Shown piece after piece: positions 21,445-31,974 of a stretch of DNA of 64,000 bases. The first letter of the stretch is position 1; each line of letters starts with the position of its first letter. The stretch is from Candidatus Eiseniibacteriota bacterium (GTDB lineage Bacteria; Eisenbacteria; RBG-16-71-46). The stretch spans positions 640,001 through 704,000 of the forward strand of contig CAVSAC010000014.1 in the NCBI GenBank assembly GCA_963725865.1. Reading direction: 5' to 3'. The translations under genes were made by a program, and so were the position numbers. The notes beneath the pieces were generated by a model, which was not told the DNA's origin, made no database searches, and was given only the letters and a program-made list of their open reading frames with translations.

Positions 21445-23004
21445 TCAGCGCTCGCGCGCCAGCTCCGCGAGGAACGCCTCGCCGTAGCGCGCCAGCTTGG
21501 CCGGTCCCACGCCCGAGAGCAGCAGCAGCCCGCTGGGCGTGCGCGGCCGGTGCTCGGCCATCTGGCGCAGCACCGCGTCGCTGAAGACGATGTAGGCGGG
21601 CACGCTCTCGGCGTCCGCGAGCCGCTTGCGCAGCGCGCGCAAGCGGTCGAACAGCGCCTCGTCGTACGCGCCGCCCGCGGCGCCCGCCGCGCCGGGCCGC
21701 GCGAGCCGCCCCGCGGCCGGCGGGCCGACCGGCGCCACCAGCGCCTCGATGCCCACGCCGCGGCACACGTCGCAGGAGCCGCCGCACGGCTCGAGCGGCT
21801 CGTCGAAGTAGCCGACCAGCGCCCGGTGCCGGCAGCCTCCGCGGTCCACGAGCCGGAACAGCTCGACCGTCTTGCGCCGCGTCTCCTCGCGCACGGCGGC
21901 GTCCTCGATCCCGTCGAGGAAGCGGTCGTAGCCGATCACGTCCGCCCACGAGTAGAACAGCACGCAGTCGCTCGGCAGCCCGTCGCGGCCGGCGCGGCCG
22001 ATCTCCTGGTACCACGCCTCGATGCTCTTCGGCATGTCGCGGTGGACCACGAACCGCACGTTGCTCTTGTCGATCCCCATGCCGAACGCGACGGTGGCCA
22101 CGATCACGTCGGCCTCGTCGCGCGCGAACGCGTCCTGGTGGCGGTGGCGGTCGGCGTCGGCCAGCCCGGCGTGGTACGGCAGCGCGCGCACGCCGTGGGT
22201 GTTCAGCCACGCCGACACGCTCTCGACCGAGCGGCGGCTGATGCAGTACACGATCCCGCTCTCGCCGGCGTGGCGGCGGATGATGCCGAGCAGGTCGCGG
22301 CGGGTGTCGCGCCGCTTCCCCGCGGCGTCATCCCCCTTCTTGTGCGCGGTGATCACCAGATTGGGGCGGAAGAACGAGCCCTTGTAGCCCGCCGGCTGGA
22401 CCATGCCGAGCTGGCGGATGATGTCGCCCGCGACCCGGCGCGTGGCGGTCGCGGTGAGCGCCAGCACCGGGATGTCGCCCATCTCGGACTTGAGCCCCGC
22501 GAGGCGCCGGTACGAGGGCCTGAAATCGTGCCCCCACTGGCTGATGCAGTGCGCCTCGTCCACCACCACCAGGCTCGGCCGGCACTCCGCGATGATGCCG
22601 CGCAGCCCGCCCTCGAGCCCTTCGGGCGCGACGTAGAGGATCTCGAGCTCGCCGCGGCGCAGTTCGCCGAGCCGGCGCTTGCGCTCCTCGAAGTCCACCG
22701 TGGAGTTGAGCACGGTGGCGCGCACACCCACGCGCACCAGCGCGTCCACCTGGTCCTTCATCAGGCTGATGAGCGGCGAGAGCACCAGCACCGGGCCGGG
22801 CAGGATCTTGGCGGGGATCTGGAACGTGAGCGACTTGCCCGCGCCGGTGGGCATCACACCGATGCAATCGCGCCCGGCGAGCACCGCGTCGATGATCTCG
22901 CGTTGGCCGGGACGGAACGCGCGATAGCCGAACACCGTCTCCAGGACCTGCTGGGGGTCCGTGTACCTCAGCGAGTGGAACAGCGGGGCACTGGATTCGG
23001 GCAC
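21445..23004 (-). CDS. recQ: RecQ family ATP-dependent DNA helicase
   Basis: [44 protein letters not shown], Zn-binding Cys cluster and HRDC; GGAGGG RBS before GTG. Confidence 0.95.
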   Translation of the reverse strand: MPESSAPLFHSLRYTDPQQVLETVFGYRAFRPGQREIIDAVLAGRDCIGVMPTGAGKSLTFQIPAKILPGPVLVLSPLISLMKDQVDALVRVGVRATVLNSTVDFEERKRRLGELRRGELEILYVAPEGLEGGLRGIIAECRPSLVVVDEAHCISQWGHDFRPSYRRLAGLKSEMGDIPVLALTATATRRVAGDIIRQLGMVQPAGYKGSFFRPNLVITAHKKGDDAAGKRRDTRRDLLGIIRRHAGESGIVYCISRRSVESVSAWLNTHGVRALPYHAGLADADRHRHQDAFARDEADVIVATVAFGMGIDKSNVRFVVHRDMPKSIEAWYQEIGRAGRDGLPSDCVLFYSWADVIGYDRFLDGIEDAAVREETRRKTVELFRLVDRGGCRHRALVGYFDEPLEPCGGSCDVCRGVGIEALVAPVGPPAAGRLARPGAAGAAGGAYDEALFDRLRALRKRLADAESVPAYIVFSDAVLRQMAEHRPRTPSGLLLLSGVGPAKLARYGEAFLAELARER

Positions 23005-23167
23005 GGTCCCTCCGTGGACGGGAGCGGATGCGGGGTGAGCACGCAAGGTACCGGATGCAGCGTGGCCGCGCACGGCGTACCGCGCGGCCCGCCCGTCGCG
23101 CGCCGGCCGGGCGGCGAAGCGCACGGCGGATCCGCTAGACTGCGGCCCCTACCGTGGGAGATCCCGC

Positions 23168-25321
23168 ATGAGCTGCTTGGAGAGAGGCTCGCTGCTTCCG
23201 GCCGCGCTGGCGATCGCCGCGCTGCTCGCCGGCTGCGCGCCCGCGCGGGCGCCGGCCGTCCCGGGTGCCGGGGTCGACGCATTCCCGGAGCACTACGCGC
23301 ATTCCATCGCCGCGCTCGGCTGGCCGGGGGCCCATCGCGCGTTCCAGATCGGCGACGGCAGCGTGATCGCGAACGGCGAGGCGGCGCTGCAATGGCGCTT
23401 CGATCCGGACGCCGGTCCGGCGACGACGTCGCCGGTCGCCTTCGAGCGCGACGGAGTCCCGGTGGCACACTGGACGATGGAAGCGCGCGGCGTGCGGCTG
23501 GCGTTCGAGGCCGCGGCCGCGCCCGCGACACCGCTCGGCGACACCAGTCTGGTGGCCTCGGTGCGCGTCACGGCGAGCGCGATCGGCCCCGGGCCCGTCG
23601 ACGTCGCGTTCGACGCGCGGGTGCACGGCACGCCGGCGGGGCCACACGTCGTGCCGTGGGACGCGCCGGAGCGGGCCGAGGTCGCCGAGGCGTGGCGCGG
23701 ACGTGCGGCCCTCCGCTCCGGCCGCGTGGTGGCGCTGGTGGACCGCGCGGCCGTGGTGCCGGCGGGCGCGCCGTCGATCGCGCATCCGGTGGTGACCGTG
23801 GGCACCGGGCCGGGCGCGCTCGCGGCGCGCTGCGCTGCGCGGCTCGCGGCGGGTGAGCGGCGCGAGTGGGACTTCGTGCGTCCCGCTGTATCCCACCGCG
23901 CTGGCGTCGGGGGCGCTCGCGAGCGTGGCGGCCCACGAGCGCGTGGTCGCGATGTCGCGGCGCTTCTGGCGCGCGCAGTTGGCGCGGGCCGCGACACTCG
24001 CCACGCCCGATCACACGGTGGACGCGGCGTGGAACGCCGCGCTCGTGACGCTGGTGCTGTGCCACGAGCGGCCGGGCGGACGCTGGGCGCCGATCGGCAG
24101 CCCGTTCCAGTATCGCGATGTGTGGCTGCGCGACGGCGCGCGGGCCGTGCGGGCGCTGGCGCTCGCGGGACTCTCCGACTTCGCGCGCGACGACGCCCGC
24201 ACGCTCGCCGAGTTCCAGCTGCCGAGCGGCGCGCTGCTCTCGCAGACGGGCCAGCTCGACGGCACCGGCGAGGGACTGTGGGCGTTCGAGCAGGCGTGCG
24301 CCTATGCCGGCGACCGGGCGCTGGCCACCGAGCTGCTGCCGGTCGCGCGGGGGTCGCTCGAGTGGATCGAGCGCCAGCGTCGGGCGACCGCCGCGCTGCG
24401 CCTGCCGTGGGCGGGGCTGCTGCCGTTCGGCGATCCACGCGACGCCGAATTGGTGTGCGCCGAGCTGGTCGGCAACGACGCGTGGTCGATCGCCGGCTGC
24501 GACGCGGTCGTCGCACTCGCGCTGCAGGCCGGGGACTCCGCCCTCGCAACGCGGGCCCGGTCCGAGGCCGCCGACTACCGCCGCGCCTTCGCGTCCGCGC
24601 TCGGGCGGACCGGCAGTCGCGACGTGCCGCCGTCCTGGCCCGGCGCCGGCCGCGACTGGGGAAACCTGTCGAGCGGCTATCCCACCCGGGCGCTGCCGCC
24701 GGGTGATCCACGGCTCGCCGCCCTCGCGCGCCGGGTGCTTGCGCCCGAGGGCCGTCCGGGCCTCAGTCACTACGGGTCGCCGGATTCGCTACACACCTAC
24801 AACGGCGTCGACCTCGCGCTCGACGAGCTGCGCGCCGGCCGGCCGGCGTACGCGCGCGCCTGGCGGGACTCGCTGCTGGCGCACAGCAGCAGCACGATCG
24901 GCCAGGCGGAGATCTTCGACCGCCGCGATGGCGGCTTCGGCTCCAACCTGCCGCCGCACGCCACCGCCGCCGCGGTGCTGGTCGATCTGCTGCGCAGCAT
25001 GGTGCTCGCGGATCCCGGCGACACGCTGGAGATCGCGCTCGGCTGCGATACCGCCGCGTGGGCCGGCACCACGCTGTCGCACGCGCCCACGCGCTTCGGA
25101 GTCACCTCGGTCTCGCTCGACCGCCCGAGCCCCGGCCGACTGCGGGTGCGGCTCGATCCGCTGCCCGCGCCGGCGCGGGTGCGGGTGCCCGCGGGCCTGC
25201 GGGCCACCGTCGCCGCGCTCGCCCGGCGGCCCGCGTCGCGGAAGCGGGCTGGGTCGAGGCGCCGCCGGGCGCCGCCGAGATCGCGTTCGACGTCGAGCCG
25301 TTCGCGGAGCCGCGACGATGA
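23168..25321 (+). pseudogene. lipoprotein with six-hairpin glycosidase-like domain, frameshifted near 23880 and 25225 (probably sequencing errors)
   Basis: LLAGC lipobox; YRDVWLRDGA motif; HAPTRFG; coding signal continues across three ORFs. Confidence 0.6.
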
Positions 25322-25980
25322 GCCGACGACGACGCCCGATCGCGCCGCCGCCCGAGACCGCGCGGAATCGCGGCCGTCGCACCGCCGCAAGCGCGCTGCT
25401 CGCGTCGCTCGCGCTCGACACTCGCGCTCGCGCTGGCACTCGCGGTGCGGTCCGCGCGTCGCCCGCCGCCGGCGCCGGCGGAGGTCCCGCTGGCGCCCTC
25501 GCCGGCGCTCGCCGACAGCGTGAACGCGGCCGAGGCGCGCGGCGACTGGGTGCGCGCGCTGGGCTACCTGCAGCGGGTCGCCGACGCGAACCCGCGCAAT
25601 CCGATCGCGGTGATGGCGCTCGGCATGTCCTGGAGCAACTACAGCTGGGGCGGCTCCACCTACGCGCGCCCGCGCCCGGCCATGCGCACCAGTCTCGACC
25701 GGGTCCGCATCCTGCGCCACGCCCTCGCGCTCGAGGACTCGGCGAGCGCGCTGGCGAGCGCCGCGCACGAGCAGGCGCTCGTGCGCGATCCAGTGGGGCC
25801 GCATGCTCGAGGCCATCGGGATGCCGATCGACGCGCTGGCGCTCTATCAGGAGGCTCGCCGGCTCGACCCGGCGGATCCCGACGCCGCGGCGCACGTCCG
25901 CACCACCGAAGTCCTGGCTGCGCGATCCGCGGCAGGCGGAGGTGAGCACGCTGCCGGTGCCGGCGTCGCCGCACCACTGA
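25318..25980 (+). pseudogene. membrane-anchored TPR-like protein with several frameshifts
   Basis: ATGA overlap with the upstream stop; ALGYLQRVADANPRN and ALALYQEARRLDPAD TPR-like segments lie in different frames. Confidence 0.5.
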
Positions 25981-26005
25981 GCCCGCGCGGTCGCGCGCGG
26001 GGAGC

Positions 26006-26452
26006 TCAGCGCCCGATGTCGAGCGGACGGCCGGTCTCGAGCAGGGTCTTGAGCCCCGAGAGCACCGGGTTCCAGCCGTGCATGACCTCCCGCCAGGTCG
26101 CGGTCTCGCGCTCGAACTCGTCGTGCACGAGCGTGAGCTTGCAGGTCTCGCCGAGCGTGTCGAGCTCCCACGTCACGCGCGAGGGGCGGTCGAGTCGCGC
26201 CTCGGGATGCCAGGGCAACGTGTAGGAGTGCACCAGGCGCGCGGGCGGCTCGATCTCGAGCACCACGCCTTCGACGGCAGGCCGGCTGTCGGGGTGGCGC
26301 CAGACGATCGGCGCGCCGACCACGAGCGTGCTCTCGATCGCGGAGGCGCCGAAGTAGCGCACCGTCATCGCGGGATCGACGATCGCCTGCCACAGCCGCT
26401 CCGGCGTGGTGCGGATGTAGACCTCCCAGACATGGCGCGGACCGGGACTCAA
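26006..26452 (-). CDS. SRPBCC/AHSA1-like START-domain protein
   Basis: YIRTTPERLWQAI, GVVLEIEPPARL, SRVTWEL and GWNPVLSGLKTLLETG; TTG start overlaps the upstream stop. Confidence 0.85.
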   Translation of the reverse strand: MSPGPRHVWEVYIRTTPERLWQAIVDPAMTVRYFGASAIESTLVVGAPIVWRHPDSRPAVEGVVLEIEPPARLVHSYTLPWHPEARLDRPSRVTWELDTLGETCKLTLVHDEFERETATWREVMHGWNPVLSGLKTLLETGRPLDIGR

Positions 26453-26853
26453 CGTGGCCCTTCCAGCGGCAGCCCGCGCGCGATCCAGCCGCGGATGCCC
26501 TCGGCGAGCGAGGTCACGTGGGTGTAGCCCATGCGCTGCAGGTTGTCCGCGGAGAGCACGCTCCGGTAGCCGCCTCCGCACTGGAGCACCAGCGGAGTGT
26601 CCTTGGCGGGAAACGTCGTCTCCACGTCGCGCTCGAGGATGCCGCGGCCCAGGTGCGTGGCCCCGGGGATCCGCGCCGCGTCCCACTCGCGGTCCTCGCG
26701 GACGTCGACGAGCACCAGCGGCTCGCCGGCCGCGAGCCGCGTGCGGTAGTCCTCGATGGTGATCTCGCGCACGTGCCGCCGCGTGGCGTCGACGAGCGCC
26801 TCGAACCCCGGCGAGTGGACGGGCGCCTGCGGCGCGTCGCGCGGTCCGCTCAT
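26449..26853 (-). CDS. single-domain rhodanese-like sulfurtransferase
   Basis: LVDVREDREW, HLGRGILERD, CGGGYRS and SLAEGIRGW. Confidence 0.9.
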   Translation of the reverse strand: MSGPRDAPQAPVHSPGFEALVDATRRHVREITIEDYRTRLAAGEPLVLVDVREDREWDAARIPGATHLGRGILERDVETTFPAKDTPLVLQCGGGYRSVLSADNLQRMGYTHVTSLAEGIRGWIARGLPLEGPR

Positions 26854-26870
26854 GCGCGCGCCTTCCGCGC

Positions 26871-28016
26871 TCAGGCCGACGCCGCCGCGGGCGCGGCGCT
26901 CTCGGCCAGCGGATACTCGCGCACGACGCGGTAGAGCGCATCGCGCTGCACCGGCACCTTGCCGGCCTCGCGGATGGAGTGGACCATGCCCGCCTCGGCG
27001 AATCCCACCGGGCTCCGCGCGAGGGCAGCGTGCGCGATCTTCTCCACGCCGATGGTGCCGTCGAGATCGCTGGCGCCGAAGTTGAGTGCCACGCTCGCGG
27101 TGTCCTGCCCCAGCATCACCCAGTACGACTTCACGTGGGGCACGTTGTCGAACAGCAGGCGCGAGATCGCGATGGTCTTGAGGTCCTCGATCGCGGAGGC
27201 CTGCCGGCGCACGAGCCCGGTGGTGCCGGGCTGGAACGCGAGCGGGATGAACGCGAAGAAGCCGGGCGAGCGGTCCTCGAGGTCGCGCAGGTCGATCACG
27301 TGCTGCACGCGCTCGGCGCGCGTCTCGATGTGGCCGTAGAGCAGCGTGGCGTTCGAGCGGATGCCCAGGCGGTGCGCGATGTCGTGGATCTCGAGCCAGC
27401 GCCGGCCGCCGATCTTCTGGTGGAAGAGCTCGCGCCGCACGCGCTCGCTGAACACCTCGGCTCCGCCGCCGGGCAGCGCGTCGAGGCCGGCCTGCCGCAG
27501 CTGCTCGAGCACCCACTCGGCCGGCTGCTTGGTGAGCCGGCAGAAGAAGTCGATCTCGACCGCGGTGTACGCCTTCACGCTCAGGTCGGGCTTCTTCTCC
27601 TTCACCCAGCGGATCACGTTCACGTAGTCGTCGAACCGCCACTTGTTGTGGAGGCCGCCCACGATGTGGATCTCGCGGATGTCGGGATCGACGTGCGCGA
27701 GGATCTCCTCGCGGCTCATCGTGTATGCGTCCGGGGCGCCGGGCTTCTTGGCGTAGTCGCAGAACTTGCACGACAGCACGCACACGTTCGTGGGATTGAG
27801 CTGGCGGTTGACGCTGAAGTACACGCGCTCCCCGTGCAGGTCGCGCGCGACGGCGTCGGCGAGGCGGCCCAGCTCGACGACGCTCGCGTCGAACAGGCGC
27901 ACGCCCTGCTCCTGAGCCAGGCGGCCGCCATCGAGCAGGACGCGCTGGGCCTGCGCGACCTGGGGGTCGCGCAGCCCGAGGGCGCGCACGTGGTCGGTCG
28001 AGGTGGGTCGTGGCAT
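26871..28016 (-). CDS. mqnE: aminofutalosine synthase (CofH-like radical SAM)
   Basis: NPTNVCVLSCKFC, KAYTAVEI, PGGGAEVF, NATLLYGHIET and HVKSYWVMLG. Confidence 0.85.
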   Translation of the reverse strand: MPRPTSTDHVRALGLRDPQVAQAQRVLLDGGRLAQEQGVRLFDASVVELGRLADAVARDLHGERVYFSVNRQLNPTNVCVLSCKFCDYAKKPGAPDAYTMSREEILAHVDPDIREIHIVGGLHNKWRFDDYVNVIRWVKEKKPDLSVKAYTAVEIDFFCRLTKQPAEWVLEQLRQAGLDALPGGGAEVFSERVRRELFHQKIGGRRWLEIHDIAHRLGIRSNATLLYGHIETRAERVQHVIDLRDLEDRSPGFFAFIPLAFQPGTTGLVRRQASAIEDLKTIAISRLLFDNVPHVKSYWVMLGQDTASVALNFGASDLDGTIGVEKIAHAALARSPVGFAEAGMVHSIREAGKVPVQRDALYRVVREYPLAESAAPAAASA

Positions 28017-28064
28017 CGGGTCTCCGTCGCTGAAGTACCGGGCGCGGAGTATACCGGGCACGCC

Positions 28065-30701
28065 TCACATGGTGAAGTAGCGCGTCGCCTTCACGAGGAA
28101 GATGTTGCTCGCTTTCGAGTCGAGCAGACGGTCGAACGAGCGGCGGATCCGGAAGTCCGAGAGCAGCTGGTCGTCGGTGCGCTCCTGGGTCCACACCAGG
28201 AACAGCGTCGAGCCCGGCAGGTATTCCCAGCGCAACACCGCGTTCCCGCGCAGCGACTTGAAGTCGAAGTCGGGATCGTCGAACGAGAACGGCGCCCCGA
28301 CCAGCGGCGTGACGTCCACCGTCCCGTCGCTGCGCACCGCGGACGCGCCGTAGTGCACGAAGTCGAAGGTGCGCGGTGCCGCCAGCTCCTTGAAGTCCCC
28401 GTAGCGTCCGCTCGACACCAGCGGCTGCGCGAACAGCTGCAGCGTGAGCCGCGGCGAGAACGCGCAGTTGAGCCGGATGTTCGCGAGCAGCGTGCGCTGG
28501 TCGAGCGTGCCGAACAGGTAGCGATGGCCGTACGTCGAGGTGACCGCCGGATCGTCGACGCCGCCGTCGACGTACTGCGCGCGCTCGTGCGTGCGCTCGT
28601 AGCCGGGGCCCATGCTGAGCATGATGTTGGAGGCCGGCTTCCACTCCACGTAGGGATACACGTTCCAGTAGTACGAGCCCGCCGCGTCGCTGTTGGCGTT
28701 GGTCTCGACCTCGTAGCCCATCGCGTTCTTGAAGTTGGTCTGGAAGCGGCCGTAGTACTCCTCGCCCGCCGGCATCTTCATCATCGGGCCGCCGCGCGTG
28801 CGCCGGTCGTCGAGCCCCTCGAAGATGTGATCCAGGTTGATCTGGGTCTCCCAGTTGTTGATCCAGGTCGTGCGCGTGCTGCCCCACAGCCCGGTGACCG
28901 TGCGGTCGCCGTCGGTGTTCCAGCTCGAGAACAGCGTCGCCATGACGTTCGTGTACTTGCGCACGTGGTTGGTCTTCGTCCACTGGTAGCCGGTGCCGAA
29001 GTGGGTGTTGATGAGCCCGCTGCGGCTCATGAAGCCCATGTCGTTGACGTCGAAGTGAGGGTCCAGATAGCCGGCGGCACAGTTCAGCAGCACGCTGCCG
29101 TTCTGCTTGTTGATCCAGTAGCGGCTGACCATTCCGGTGAGCGAGGTGGCGTTCGGGTCGAGGCGGAAGTGCCTGCGATCGGGACGCTGCAGGTAGTGAC
29201 GCGAGGACTCCTGCAGGTCCCGGATGCGTGCCTGCGAGCCGTCGACGCGACTGACCGCGGTGTAGCCGGAAACCACGTACTTCTTCGCCCGGTCGAGGAA
29301 CGCCCAGCCGTCGACGCCCGACATCAGCGACGAGCGGTTGAGGTCGTCGCCCAGCCCGTTGTGGGAGAAGTCGCGCTCGACCGCCGTGGTCATGAAACCC
29401 AACCCCAGGCGGCGGTCCTTGAATTCCTTCAATGCGTGGGTCGCCCCGTAGTAGGTGAGCGGCTCGGCTTCGGCGTCCCAGCGGGTCAGGCCGTCCTGGT
29501 AGTGCGCGGTCTCGCGCCCGGTGAGCGCGTGCAGCATGCCGAAATTGGTGGTCGGCGTGAGCTTGCCCGTCAGCTTCGCCGCTCCCAGGATGCGGGTGCC
29601 GACCGGGGTATCGACGAAGTCGGCGTCGCCCACCACCTGCGGCGCGCGGCCGATGCGGCGGCTGTAGAAGAACGTCGGCTCCGGCCAGTTGAAGCCCCAG
29701 TAGTCGTTCGCTCCCTCGTTGCCGAAGCGGAAGTTCTGGGCGCCCTCGACGAAGAACGGACGCTTCTCGTCGAAGTACGACTCGACATCGGACAGGTTCA
29801 CCACCGCCGGGTCGACCTCGACCTGGCCGAAGTCGGGATTCACGGTCGCATTGAGCGTCAGCCGGCTGCCGAGACTCGTGCGAACGTCGACGCCGCCGTC
29901 GGGCTCGTACTCGGGGTCGCTGCGGAACGGATCGCCCGCGTCGTGGCGCAGGTACTGGCCCTTGGTGGTGACGTAGGGCAGCAGCTCGACCGCGCGCCCG
30001 GGGCGGATGCCGTCGAGGCCCACGAGGTCCGGGAAGCGGGAGACGAAACCGCCCCCGTCCCGAGGCATGTAGACCACGTAGTCGCTCTCGTTGCGCCGCG
30101 CGATCACGCGCTTGAAGTTCACGCCCCACACCTGGTGATCGTTCCGGTTGAAGCGGAACTGCGAGAACGGAATCCGCATCTCGCAGGTCCAGCCCTGATC
30201 GTCGACGTGCGCGGCGCCGCTCCAGACGCCGTCCCAGTTCAGGTCGTCCCAGCTGTCGTTCATGAGCGTGCCGTCGAACTGCACGCCGGCGGCGTTGAGC
30301 ATGAAGTAGTAGCCGCTGCGCCGATCGTGGAACGGGTCGAGGTAGAAGTTGAGCCGGTCCGCGTCCACCGAGACGTCCCGGCGCGTGAGCCGTGCGAGGA
30401 TCGAGTCGGGGTGCTCGTCCCACATGCGCGCGCCGACGTACAGCGCGTCGTCGTCGTAGGCGATCCGCACCTCGGTGCGCTCGGTCGGCCGGGCCCCTTC
30501 GACCGGCTCGCTCTGAACGAGCTCGGTGAACGGCGGCGAGTCCCGCCACACGGCTTCGTCGAGCAGGCCGTCGATCGTGACGGGCGCGGCGAGCCGCACC
30601 GCCTGGATCTGCAGGCGAGCCGGCGGGGGGGCGGCGACGGGCTGAGCGGAGGCGAGGCCCGCGGTCATGGCCAGCGCGAGGACCAGAAGCGTCGTCTTCA
30701 T
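28065..30701 (-). CDS. CBM9-like + DUF5916 outer-membrane protein
   Basis: Signal peptide; IDGLLDEAVW, YDDDALYVG, WTCEMRIPFSQFRF, NPDFGQVEVD, EKRPFFVEG and FYSRRIG. Confidence 0.85.
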   Translation of the reverse strand: MKTTLLVLALAMTAGLASAQPVAAPPPARLQIQAVRLAAPVTIDGLLDEAVWRDSPPFTELVQSEPVEGARPTERTEVRIAYDDDALYVGARMWDEHPDSILARLTRRDVSVDADRLNFYLDPFHDRRSGYYFMLNAAGVQFDGTLMNDSWDDLNWDGVWSGAAHVDDQGWTCEMRIPFSQFRFNRNDHQVWGVNFKRVIARRNESDYVVYMPRDGGGFVSRFPDLVGLDGIRPGRAVELLPYVTTKGQYLRHDAGDPFRSDPEYEPDGGVDVRTSLGSRLTLNATVNPDFGQVEVDPAVVNLSDVESYFDEKRPFFVEGAQNFRFGNEGANDYWGFNWPEPTFFYSRRIGRAPQVVGDADFVDTPVGTRILGAAKLTGKLTPTTNFGMLHALTGRETAHYQDGLTRWDAEAEPLTYYGATHALKEFKDRRLGLGFMTTAVERDFSHNGLGDDLNRSSLMSGVDGWAFLDRAKKYVVSGYTAVSRVDGSQARIRDLQESSRHYLQRPDRRHFRLDPNATSLTGMVSRYWINKQNGSVLLNCAAGYLDPHFDVNDMGFMSRSGLINTHFGTGYQWTKTNHVRKYTNVMATLFSSWNTDGDRTVTGLWGSTRTTWINNWETQINLDHIFEGLDDRRTRGGPMMKMPAGEEYYGRFQTNFKNAMGYEVETNANSDAAGSYYWNVYPYVEWKPASNIMLSMGPGYERTHERAQYVDGGVDDPAVTSTYGHRYLFGTLDQRTLLANIRLNCAFSPRLTLQLFAQPLVSSGRYGDFKELAAPRTFDFVHYGASAVRSDGTVDVTPLVGAPFSFDDPDFDFKSLRGNAVLRWEYLPGSTLFLVWTQERTDDQLLSDFRIRRSFDRLLDSKASNIFLVKATRYFTM

Positions 30702-31059
30702 GGGGCGAGCCCTCGAGTCGGGGATTCGGTGTCCGCGTGTTTCGACGGAGGGAAGGCTCGGAAAGTTGCACTCGGCCGGCAATCGCCTGCGGCCCCCTCG
30801 GAGTGGCGACCCGAACGTCACAGCGGCGCCCGGATCGGGGGTACGAGTCCGCTCCGGAGCGCCGCGAGGTTCCCGGATGCCTGTGGATCCCGGTCGATCA
30901 GGACCACCCAGCACCATCGGGCACGGGCGGACTATGGGGGCCCGAGCAGAGCGGACGCCAGCGACCCGCGACCAGCGGCGGGCTTCCGCAGACCAGCGAT
31001 GCGGATGCCGGGGTGAGCGCGGGCAGTTGCCCGAGCGGCCGCCCCGCGCCCCGGCGCGC

Positions 31060-31974
31060 TCAGCCCGCGCGCGCCAGCTCGGCGGCCAGCCGGGCCGCCA
31101 CGCGGGCGTTGTGCACCAGCAGCGCGCGATTCGAGAACACGCTCGCGCCCTCGGTCAGCTCGCGCAGGCGCTCGAGCAGGAATGGGGTCACCGCGCGCCC
31201 GCGCACACCGCGGAGCGAGGCGTCGGTGAGCGCGGCCGTGAGCGCCTTCTCGTAGACCTCGCGCGGCATCTCGGCCTCGGCGGGCACCGGATTCGCCACC
31301 ACCACTCCGGTGGTGAACCCGAGCTCCCAGTGCATGCGGACCGCGTCCGCCAGCTCGCCGAGCGTGGCGAACCCACGGTCCAGCGGCACGCCGCTGTCGC
31401 GCCGGTAGAACGCCGGGAAGCGCTCGGTGTCCACGCCGTACACCGGCACCCCGAGCGTCTCGAGGTATTCGACCGTCTTCGGAAGGTCGAGGATCGCTTT
31501 GGCACCCGCGCACACCACCGCCACCCGATGGCGCGCGAGCGCCGTGAGGTCGGCCGACACATCGCCGCTCTCGGACACCTCGCGATGCACGCCGCCGATC
31601 CCGCCGGTCGCGAACACCACGATCCCCGCGTGCGCGGCGGCGAACAGCGTGGCCGCCACCGTGGTGGAGCCCGCCCCGCTGCGCGTCAGCTCGGCGGCGA
31701 AGTTGCTCGGGTTCAGCTTCGCGACGCCGGGCGCGGTCGCGAGGCGCGCCAGCTCGGCGGGCGTCATCCCGATCCGCACCGCGCCCTCGAGCACGCCGAT
31801 GGTGGCGGGGACCGCGCCCTGCGCGACCACCTCGCGCTCCAGCTCCGCCGCCATCTCGAGCCCCGCCGGGTGCGGCAGCCCGTGGGTGACCAGCGTGGTC
31901 TCGAGCGCCACCACCGGACGATGCGCGGCCAGCGCCTGCGCCACCGCGGGCGCGATCACGAAGCGTTCGTTCAT
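31060..31974 (-). CDS. psuG: pseudouridine-5'-phosphate glycosidase
   Basis: VALETTLVTHG, TTVAAT, FATGGIGGVHR, DVSADL and AGAKAILDLPKTVEYLET. Confidence 0.93.
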   Translation of the reverse strand: MNERFVIAPAVAQALAAHRPVVALETTLVTHGLPHPAGLEMAAELEREVVAQGAVPATIGVLEGAVRIGMTPAELARLATAPGVAKLNPSNFAAELTRSGAGSTTVAATLFAAAHAGIVVFATGGIGGVHREVSESGDVSADLTALARHRVAVVCAGAKAILDLPKTVEYLETLGVPVYGVDTERFPAFYRRDSGVPLDRGFATLGELADAVRMHWELGFTTGVVVANPVPAEAEMPREVYEKALTAALTDASLRGVRGRAVTPFLLERLRELTEGASVFSNRALLVHNARVAARLAAELARAG

